Origin: Basidiobolus meristosporus CBS 931.73
Taxonomy: Eukaryota; Fungi; Basidiobolomycota
Direction: 5' to 3'
Length of the DNA stretch: 64,000 nt
Assembly (NCBI GenBank): GCA_002104905.1
Contig: MCFE01000036.1
Coordinates: 124,001 to 188,000 of the forward strand
Both the position numbers and the translations under genes were made by a program. The first letter of the stretch is position 1. Each line of letters opens with the position of its first letter. The notes under the pieces were generated by a model. It saw only the letters and a list, made by a program, of their open reading frames with translations, was not told the DNA's origin and made no database searches. Of the stretch, positions 25,106-35,505 are shown piece after piece.

Positions 25106-26562
25106 TCTTGATATACGGGCCTCACACTCAAGCAAATGCGCTTATACATCTTTCGGCGGGTATGTCGCTAGCCTTTGAAGCCTCCCTTCCGCAGTTCACC
25201 CACCTACAGGGAACCGACCTTCTCCCAGGGCATTTTCCATCCTTTCAGTTTGCTCGGGTGATTGGTGTGCGGCCTGTTGTCATATCGCTCCATTCGGGGT
25301 CTTCGCTGCCTGAACCAGATTCCAAGGTTTGCTGGACAAGGCTAGGGAAGTTTCTGCATGACCATTTGCCGCCACCGGCCTGAGCTAAATCCACTTCTGG
25401 TCGATAAGGACTCGCTGGTCCAAAACGTCGGGAGAAGCGTGGGTCGGTGCGTAATACAATGCGTCACGACTGAAGATCCTGATACATTGATCGGTTCATG
25501 CTGAGAATCCCGCCGCAATGAACCATCCGTCACTGGAAACTTGGATTCACTCGTCTCTGTCAACGTATGCTCTGCTCGCCATGCCAGCTGCACGTGACCT
25601 TGCGGACGGGTATCGTTTTCTCTACCGTATATATGATGCGCCGGATGGCCTTGTCGTGAATACAAAGGGGCAAATCTCGCCGAAGGAGGCAGCTTGTATG
25701 GCAAAGTGTATGTCAGCCATGGGTACACTGCGTTTGCCAATACGCCTCCCATGGAATCCCCAAAGTGGGCGGAAATATGGAACCCAAGCATTCCACCGTT
25801 TGATCCATTTAAGCTCACCTACCAAGCCAAGCCGTACAGCGGATTTCATCGGGATTTGGAGTGCCAAGGACAAGCGGCGACATTGAAACACGTCGAATTA
25901 CACCTACTTGGTTGGCCATAGGATTTAGGTCGTTTCATCCAGAAGACGGAGTGGTTCGGTTTACTCAAGCCAAATTACGATCCTCGACTCGTGGAAGATC
26001 TGGATTAGCAGGAGATCGGGATCATCTGGCTAATATATGTCACTCAATCCTGGCAAAAAGAACCACCACAATCAATCTCCAACTATCTACAGGAAAGAAC
26101 GATTTATTGAACAACCGATGTGGAGCCAGTGATGGGCCACTTGGGTAACATATCAATGGGCTCCTCCATGAATTTCCTATCCGTGAACGAAAGAGTCCGT
26201 ACACAGCATGACCCATTCCCAATCAAGTAGCCAGAGCACCGAAGCCTGGAAAGATCTGACCACACAGGGGTCATACGAAGGCATCGAAAACTGGTGGCAC
26301 AGCCGAACACAGGTGATGCCGAGGTGCGACACTGGAATTGGATTCGCCAAGAACGATCCTAATCGGTATCCCCGCAAGCGCGTTCTCAGGAAACCAGCAA
26401 CCGTATGACGGAAGTTAAATCTCCCTCCATAAGAGTGGTGTGGCAGAGGAGGGCACAGTCTCAAACGAGCCCGGTTTCTTTCGGATTTGGCTAAATTGGC
26501 CGCTCACTCGATCAGCTGCGTAATATAAATCTCCCAGTGGGCCACTTCGCCGTGAGCCTGAC

Positions 26563-27867
26563 ATGTTGAAGACCTCGCTAGGACAACTGATAGTTCTATC
26601 CCTCACCTTTTGCTTCATCCAGGGCACCTACAACATCTACTATGGCTCGGGGACCCTGGGTGGCATAAACGTCTCCACCTCAGTTGGAAACAACGTGGCC
26701 CTGTACTCGACGTTCTCGATCGTCTCCGTCTTCGCCGGCAGTGCTCATAACGGCCTGGGGCCCCGGGTGTGCATCATCATCGGCGGGATCACCTACATGA
26801 TCTACGTAGCCAGTCTTTGGTATTATCTTTATACGGGAAACACCTTCCTCTCCATTATCGGAGCGTCCATGGTGGGCTTTGGTGCCTCCCTGTCTTGGGG
26901 CGCTGCAAACACGATCCTTATGGCCTATCCTATGGAAAACCAGAAGGGCCGATTCTTCGGGATCTTCTGGATTCTCTTCAACCTTGGCTCTCTAATCGGG
27001 GGATTCCTCCCACTCATGCAGGTTGAGCTGAACTATGTTACCATTGGGTTTCTGTGCCTGATGCTGGTTGGAGTGTCTGTCGCGTGGCTTCTGGTCCCGC
27101 CGGCTCTGGTGATTCGAGAGAACTCGACGTACGTTTCGGATCCATGCAGGTTCAACCTCTTCGATGAGCTCTACCAGATCTACAACTCCTTCCGGTGCCA
27201 GTACCTGCTGTTGCTGTTCCCCCTCTTCTTCTACTCGAACTTTTTCTACGCATACCGACTTGGCCATTTGATCCACGATAGCTTCACCGATCGCACGCAC
27301 ATGTTTAACACCGTTACCTACTGGGCGGCCCAGATGCTTGGCGCGTTTACCTTCGGCCAGTTCTTGGACTGCTCACTGATCACCAGATCGAAGAGAGGGA
27401 ATGTAGGCTTGATATTCGTTGGGGCCTTTAGCTCGCTGACTTGGATAGGCTGTTTGGTTTTAGAGCTAAATCGATCCCACGGCCTGACCGCGCCAACGGA
27501 CCTGGTCGACAGTAACTACAGCTCAGCTCTAGTGCTGATGTTGCTGTGCGGGTTTGCCGATGCTATAGTCCAAAGCTACTGCTGTTGGATCCTCGGGGCC
27601 AAAACTAACAATGCAAGTATCTTGTCAAGATACGGGGGAATCTACAAGGCAGTGCAGAGCGCCGGCGCCGCAACAGCCTGGTTCATCTCCACCACCAGCA
27701 TCCCCTCCTGGCTGGTTATCGTGATCAACTTCTCCCTGTTCTGCATTGCTCTGCTTCTCGCCTACTTCGTCGCGAGAGGCATTACCAACACAAACTACCA
27801 CCTGGTCCTCGGGTCACATGACGAGGACCTGATAGCCCCCATGAACACCCGGAAGTCACGCAACTAA
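26563..27867 (+). CDS. UNC-93-like MFS membrane protein, intronless, 434 aa
   Basis: About 12 hydrophobic segments; motifs GPR..L..GG..Y, MAYP.E.QKGRF..IFW..FNLG..IGG, LLFP.FFYSNFFY.Y, RY.G.YKAVQSAGAA.AW. Confidence 0.85.
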   Translation: MLKTSLGQLIVLSLTFCFIQGTYNIYYGSGTLGGINVSTSVGNNVALYSTFSIVSVFAGSAHNGLGPRVCIIIGGITYMIYVASLWYYLYTGNTFLSIIGASMVGFGASLSWGAANTILMAYPMENQKGRFFGIFWILFNLGSLIGGFLPLMQVELNYVTIGFLCLMLVGVSVAWLLVPPALVIRENSTYVSDPCRFNLFDELYQIYNSFRCQYLLLLFPLFFYSNFFYAYRLGHLIHDSFTDRTHMFNTVTYWAAQMLGAFTFGQFLDCSLITRSKRGNVGLIFVGAFSSLTWIGCLVLELNRSHGLTAPTDLVDSNYSSALVLMLLCGFADAIVQSYCCWILGAKTNNASILSRYGGIYKAVQSAGAATAWFISTTSIPSWLVIVINFSLFCIALLLAYFVARGITNTNYHLVLGSHDEDLIAPMNTRKSRN

Positions 27868-28200
27868 AGCCGAAACCGCCTGGTCACACTTGATCCCATT
27901 CGGATTTCAACCACTGTGGATCAGCGCAGCCCAGACAGCCGACGGAGATTCCATTACTCATACTGCTGAACCCAGTACACCGAACCATTGAGTATACGTT
28001 TGGCCGTGTGGGTGAAAATTAAGCCCACACGGCGAATCCCTTGATCCTGCCCCAATTCACATGTACCTCCAAGAGAATCGAAGCAAACCACACTGAAGTA
28101 ATATAAAGTTTATAATGTTCCCGCACAGATATATCTCTTTCTTTTTCTCTCTCGCATGAAGTGTACACTACCATAGCATCATTCTAAGAACGAGGTGGAG

Positions 28201-28604
28201 TCAATACTCCTCGTCCTCGTCTTCGTCATAGCGCTTACGAGGCCGGCGGTCAACGGGCGAGCCGGAGGCCTCACGTTCGTTGGTCTCTTGGTTAATCTTG
28301 TCACAAGCGTCAATCCACTCGCTGTAAACGTCAATGGGCTCACTCAGGTAGTTGATCATGCACTGGAAGCTTGCCGAGCAGATACGGCAGCTAAGGTGGC
28401 CTATCTTACTATCCTTCTCACTACATGGAAACAATATGGAGGCTTGGTCAACGAAAAGGTGGAAACTTGTATATAGTGGGTGGGCTTCTCTTACAGTCGA
28501 CAGGATATAGACTTCTCGTGGTTGCAAAACAGGCAGTTGAACGTGGTGTCCAGTACGACTTTTCTCTTCGCCGGGGCTTTACTGCTGGATTTACGCTTCC
28601 CCAT
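28201..28604 (-). CDS. ELF1: Transcription elongation factor Elf1 (exons 28495-28604 and 28201-28420)
   Basis: Spliced [72 protein letters not shown]; GT-AG intron keeps the frame. Confidence 0.95.
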
Positions 28605-28756
28605 TTCCTATTGAATGTAAGTCACAACGGGCTAGACTAACCACCGGTGGACTAAAACCCAATCGGCCACCCCCTGTCTTTTTATACGCCTGGCCTGCAT
28701 TGTCAAAGGCATATTCTTCAAAAGTAGGTTATTTGTTGTATTTAATGGGCCCGAGC

Positions 28757-28764
28757 CACGTGAC
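28757..28764. promoter_or_regulatory. E-box GTCACGTG (bHLH, Cbf1/USF-type) in the ELF1-TDP1 divergent promoter
   Basis: CACGTGAC at 28757-28764, midway between two ATGs about 260 bp apart. Confidence 0.4.
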
Positions 28765-28862
28765 AGGGAGGGAAAATCCTGCCCCCCTCCCCACTTATTC
28801 GTTGGATCAATGAAAGATCGAATGGCAGCTTGATTCAGCCCCGTCTACCTGACCGAAACTCG

Positions 28863-31360
28863 ATGAATAATAGAAAGCAGACAAGACGTCTGGATCCAGT
28901 GAAGGAAAACCAGATCAGAGAGGACGAGCTCCTCGCGCTGGAGTTGCAGGTTTGAGGTGGATCAACCACCGAGCTTTAGTTGAAAACCGGGGAAGTGGAC
29001 TCAGACGTAACCGCAAGTTTTCTCCCCACCTCACTGTAGAAACAATTCGATCTCGAAGAGCGTGAATATTTGGCGAGAACCGGAGGCCCAACCATTCCCC
29101 CCTCCGTCTATTCTGAAAAAAACTCCCCCTCGACCTCACGAGCCCCTCTCGGCTCAGAGGCCAACTCCTCCACCTTATTTAGTCTTCTCCAGGTCCAGGA
29201 TGCACCTGCTGAACAAAATAGAGGGCGGATTAGTTTAGAGCAGTTACTGCAGGTGTTTGGTTGTTTTTGAGCTGGTATTAACTCCAAACTTCAAGAGGCT
29301 AACTCTGTTGTTTCAAAGGGAGGTTTGAAGGCCAGTGTGCAGTTTAATTACCTGGTAGACGTTGACTGGTTCATGTCAAAACTACCGGCAAACAACCGGG
29401 AGATCCCAATTCTTTTTGTCCACGGGATGTCGGGAGCCAATTCAGGCGTTTTAATGGTAGTTGGCTTGTTACGAAAGTTTGGCCGGGCGGTTTTTCTAAG
29501 CGAAGGGTTCCCTAATCTGATTATTTCGCACCCGCTTAGGAACAAGTGCGGCGTTATAGCAACCTCAAAACACACCTACCTCAATTGCCACCCTATGGAA
29601 CCCACCACAGTAAGGTTGTGAACAACCCTTGATTTCTCTGGAAACCAGCTACTCAACCAGAGCCCAGGTCATGATCCTGTTTTATGAGGAGCATGTGAGA
29701 ATCGTGATCCACACCGCGAACTTGGTTCCTCAGGATTGGAGGTAGGTGGATTCCCGCTAGGAGGAGTTGATTCGAGTGATTGATCTTGCTCGCCTTCGCT
29801 TTAGAAACAAAACCCAGGCGGCCTACGTGAGGTAAACGAACCGAAGCATCATACAAACTTGGCCGGACCCACCATAACCTCTCAACTAGCCCGCTGCTAC
29901 AGAAGAAAACGGACATCGGACGATCCACCGTGTTCGAGCGAGATTTTTTGAGCTATCTGGCTGCTTATGGGAATATCCTGAACAGCACTCGCGACAAACT
30001 CTCGAAATACGACTTTTCCCCGTGCAAGGTTAGCAACTCCGGAGTGCGTCAGGCGGACGAATGTTCTAATGGTTTGTGGGGGGCGTTGCTAGGGCACCAT
30101 CATCGGCTCCGTTCCCGGACGACACGCCGGCACCGAGCTGCATAAATGGGGCCATATGAGGGTCCGAGAAATCTTATCCACGATGGCACTGGGAAAGCAA
30201 TTTCAATCGAGCAGCCTGATACTTCAAGTAGGTCCATTCCGCACCCCACCCCACCATCGGGACAACGCAGGAGTAAGCTGAACCCCGACAGTTTTCGAGC
30301 ATTGGCTCGCTAGGGAAAACGCCAGATTGGCTGACCAAAGAACTCGGCGAGAGCTTCTCCAGATACCAGCCGGATGACCAGCCTAATCAGAGCAAAAGAA
30401 GAAAGATGGAAGAGCGTAGCATCCGAGCTGATCAATTCACCCCGCCGGACATTAAATTGATTTTCCCTACTGTCGAGGAAGTCAGGAACAGGTAGGGACT
30501 GGCGGGACTGGCGGAAGAGGTGGACACTGGCTTACTTCTCCATTCCATAGTTTCGAAGGATATGCCGCTGGAGGGTCCATTCCTTATGACCTCAAGAATT
30601 TCCTGAACCAGCAGCACTATTTGCAGAAGCACATGTGCCATTGGAAGGCTAACGACCAAGGCTTGAACCGGGCAATGCCACATATCAAGGTGGGTAGTCC
30701 TTGACCAGCCTCTCTGACGAATCGGAATCCCACATCTCCCAATCCTTTAGACGTATGCTCGAGTCACGGACAGCGGAGAGGAGCTTGCGTGGTGTATGGT
30801 CACCTCCTCAAATCTTTCGAAAGCGGCTTGGTAGTTGACGTGGCCTGATATCACAATGGCATTGCTTCCTAATCCCGATCCATCCACTTCCAGGGGAGCC
30901 CTCGAAAAGAAATCCACGGCCAACCCTCAGCTCCACATTCGCTCTTTCGAGCTGGGAGTGCTGTTTTCCCCGCAGAGTGTTGAGGTTTCTAGCCACCCCA
31001 AATGAATCAGTACGGCATAGGTTCTTACGTTCCATTCTAGCCCGAGAGTGGTGCCGAGATCTGCTTAACCCCCAAAAAGCGCCTCATGGACAAAGCCTCG
31101 GGAATCCAGCGATACTGGTGTCCTTTGCCGTACGATTTGCCGCCTTCGCCATACAGCACATCAGGTATGTTCGGCCACCTTGCACCAAGCTACGGAAACC
31201 ATGCTCACACGGTTTACATGGGGATCATCAACACAGATAAGCCTTGGGTACGTGAGTTCATAGCAGCAGCACACATGGCGCATTAGCTAATCATGCCTTG
31301 TAGGTGTGGAACGACAAATATCCAGAAAGCGATTTATTTGGACGAACCTGGCCGCATTAG
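28863..31360 (+). CDS. TDP1: Tyrosyl-DNA phosphodiesterase 1, multi-exon
   Basis: QFNYLVDVDWF, first HKD-type motif THHSK..RIVIHTANL, QFSSIGSLG, LIFPTVEEVR, second motif MPHIKTY..TSSNLSKAAWG, IRSFELGVLF, LPYDLPP. Confidence 0.93.
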
Positions 31361-31889
31361 TATCTATCTCGTACAGCAATCCCGAACAGCAGACAGTACA
31401 TCTCGCCTAGGATACACGGAAATAAACAGTTGAAATGGGATTTGTTTGGCAATTAGCAGTTGAAATGGGATTTGTTTGGCATCCAATGCAGATTGTATAA
31501 ATTGACCAATGTTACAAAAGCCAATGGTATAATCAAACTCATCAATCATCGTACATTGGAGTTGGTCAGGAGAACAGTTATGCCAGTGAGTTCCCAGGAT
31601 TCCCAGAATGCCCTCAATTCCCTTAATTCCCTTAATTATGATTGAACAGCAGGGGTATTCACGCCTAAATTCTAGCTTGCGATGGCCGCTGGGCGAGATT
31701 GGCTAGACGCGACCGATTGTAATCCAGAGTGGTGATAGGAACAATTTATCCTAGGGGTGAGCGCAACCTATACTGCAACTCCTCCCCCAATGGTTTATTA
31801 CTCATACCCATATTAATCATCACCGCACCACTCTAAATCCTTCTTTTTCCTTCCTAAGCCGTCCTTCCCCCGTTTACCGTACATTCCCG

Positions 31890-32680
<791 letters not shown>

Positions 32681-32940
32681 GGCGCCGCCTGGCCATCTTT
32701 GTCCGATCGATCTTCCACATCGCATCCCCCCTTTTTGCTTGGACTTCCACCGCTACTGTTTAAATACTTTCTAATTTATTTCTTAATTCTCACTGGCAAT
32801 TCTAATAAACGTCCGTCAACTGGAGACTGCGGGGGTATTCGGGCGCTGGTCCCAACGTATTTATTCCTATCCACATTCAATCATGCATTCTAAGCCAACG
32901 AAATTTATTAACAGGGCCATTCCGGTCTTGAATTCGAAAA

Positions 32941-33423
32941 CTAGATCAAGGTCTCGTAAGCGATGGGGTAGATGGTGGTGGGAGCGTTGTCCTTGGTGGA
33001 GACGTGGCGAGCGTCACGGGGTTGGGCGGGAAGACGCTTGAGATGAATGGTTTGGCCGGAGGCCTTGGCGTCCTTCTTCTTTTGGGCGTTTTCCTTGACA
33101 CGACGCAAGAAATCGTCACGGCACTTGGAGTGCTTGATGTGCTCCACACGGATGTTCACACGCTTCTCCATGTAGCGGTTACCGACACGCTTGTTCACGA
33201 TGACTCCGACGGAGGTCTTGGTGACGTTGTAGACGATACCGGTTCTGCCGTGGTAGAACTTGTGGGGCATGCCCTTCTGGATGGAGGCGTTGGCCTTGAT
33301 GTCGACAATGTCTCCGACCTTGTAGGTCTTCAAGTAGGTGGACAGCTTGACGGGGCCATGTTCACGGAATTTCTGAGAGAACAGGTGGCGGGTACGAGCA
33401 CGATAACCGAAGGAGTGGGGCAT
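32941..33423 (-). CDS. RPL21: 60S ribosomal protein eL21 (probable 5'-UTR intron ~33430-33537)
   Basis: MPHSFGYRARTRHLF...KGMPHKFYHGRTG...RVEHIKHSKCR. Confidence 0.97.
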   Translation of the reverse strand: MPHSFGYRARTRHLFSQKFREHGPVKLSTYLKTYKVGDIVDIKANASIQKGMPHKFYHGRTGIVYNVTKTSVGVIVNKRVGNRYMEKRVNIRVEHIKHSKCRDDFLRRVKENAQKKKDAKASGQTIHLKRLPAQPRDARHVSTKDNAPTTIYPIAYETLI

Positions 33424-33784
33424 TGTTCACTAAAATAGAGACAAGAACTGGTTGAGTGAATGTGCCACCAAGTCTACACTACGCTAACTACCCCGCCCAA
33501 CCACAGCTGATAAGTACCTGACACTGGTTTCTACCTTTAAAGCGCGTGAAGGAGAAAAGGAGGGATCCCGATTTTGCTATGTCCATAGTTTTGTCGATTC
33601 TTTGGGCCGAAAAAAAATTCAAGATCTCACAGGGGTCCTTCCCGCGCAGATGATCCACTGATTATTGGGCAGGACAAGGGTGCTCCAAGGTTTTTTTTTC
33701 AAACAAGTCACCGTCACTTAAAAATGTGGACTTTGGTTTATGATGCCGCCTTTTCCCTTGGTCGGACTTAAGTAACGGCACATC

Positions 33785-34571
33785 ATGGCTCCCCCAAGAA
33801 ACTGTATTCAGCATGAACAGGAATAGGATGATTTCAAGCGGTTGCGGTTGGAAATTCCCTTTTATTTTTTTTTTCGTTTTTTCCTCACAGCGACCTGTTC
33901 TTATGAAGAGATACTTAGCATATTCTCTGGGCATGAACGAATAAGACAGTCTAGCTAAACGTTACCGGAAAGTTCCTGCTCGGTATGAGGCACTGGACTT
34001 TACCGAATTGTTCTATTTTCTAGGCTCCAAGACCTACAAGGTTCCCAGACGTCCTTTCGAGAAGGAACGTATTGACCAAGAGTTGAAGATCATTGGTGAG
34101 TACGGTCTCCGTAACAAGCGCGAGATTTGGAGAATCGGATACACCTTGTCCAACATTCGTCGTGCCGCTCGTGAGCTCCTCACTTTGGATCCCAAGGACA
34201 CCCGTCGTCTCTTCGAAGGTAACGCCCTTATCCGTCGTCTCATCCGCATCGGTGTCTTGGACGAGTCCAAGGCCAAGCTCGATTACGTCTTGGGTTTGAA
34301 GGTCGAAGATTTCTTGGAACGTCGTCTTCAAACCCAAGTCTTCAAGCTTGGTTTGGCCAAATCCATCCACCACGCCCGTGTCCTCATCAAGCAAAGACAC
34401 ATCCGTGTTGGTAAGCAAGTCGTCGACATTCCCTCCTTCGTTGTCCGTTTGGAATCCCAGAAGCACATCGACTTCGCTTTGACCTCTCCTTATGGTGGTG
34501 GTCGCCCTGGCCGCGTCAAGAGAAAGAGAATGGCTTCCGCCGGTGGTGACGCCGAGGAAGATGAGGAATAA
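33785..34571 (+). CDS. RPS9: 40S ribosomal protein uS4/S9 (exon 1 33785-33803, exon 2 34024-34571)
   Basis: Spliced [41 protein letters not shown]...[22 protein letters not shown]. Confidence 0.96.
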
Positions 34572-35031
34572 CTTCAGCAACCTTCTGTTCTATTTCACGA
34601 ACCCTCTGTCTCAATAAAAGACATGATGAATTAATCTTTTAATCAACATTCTTGTGGCTGCCTAATTTGTTGACTAAAGTTTGTTAATCGGCCCATCGTT
34701 GCCGGATCATGAGGAATGTTTACATATGCAGCCGCATCCAATGGGCATGATTGCCCTCGGTATCTCATGGAAGAGAATTGCCGAATCCCATTGATCACCA
34801 CAGCCATGATTGGGCATGGGAATGCAGAAAGGCTCTTTTTAATTCCCTGGAGCCGATTTGATTAGTCCATAGCACCAGGCAATATATGATAGAAATCTCC
34901 TTACACATGCCCATTTTCCCACCGATCGCTCCCCCATTTTTTTCAATTCATAATAAACCTGCATTCAACGGACTGGCATTTCCCAAAGCTCCCTTCTCTG
35001 TCTCCTTTCCTGCCGTCATCAAACTCACAGT

Positions 35032-35232
35032 ATGTCCTCCCTGACCGAAAAGCTCTCCCTGAAGTACTACCAGTACGAACTAGTCACCGCCCTTTACATG
35101 TTGGAGCCATGGGAGAAGGCCTGCTTCAACACTATCGTCGTTTTGGGCTTCTTGCTTACCCTCTACACCACCGTCATCTACGTTCCTGAGTACGCCTCCT
35201 CCGCTCTTACCAAGATCTCCGCATACTATTAA
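35032..35232 (+). CDS. Serine palmitoyltransferase small regulatory subunit (ssSPT-like), 66 aa
   Basis: YYQYELVTALYMLEPWEK..FN followed by a transmembrane segment is the ssSPT family signature. Confidence 0.85.
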   Translation: MSSLTEKLSLKYYQYELVTALYMLEPWEKACFNTIVVLGFLLTLYTTVIYVPEYASSALTKISAYY

Positions 35233-35505
35233 AAAGTATGTCTGAAGCCGAACAACCGTATAGCAAGCTAGAACCCCGGAAGTTTACTACGCTAGTTTAT
35301 TTCATAATACCTTCGTTAATAGAACCTTGACCCGTATCAACCTCTATCTTTATGATATTTGTACTTTAATACTTTCCTTTGTAGTAAACTAACTCAACTC
35401 ATAATTAAATATTTGGTGAACCACAGTAGTCAACCGGTTCTTTTCCCCTTTTCTTCTCTAGAGCGGGGGCCATGTTCAAGTCGAGAGAGTTCCTCGCCAG
35501 TCCGT

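Noticed and set aside
31427-31481. Short intergenic tandem duplications (25-mer at 31427/31457; also ~40218, ~42372, ~55105, ~58985)
   Set aside because: Two to three copies with no spacers; consistent with replication slippage, not CRISPR or a functional array.
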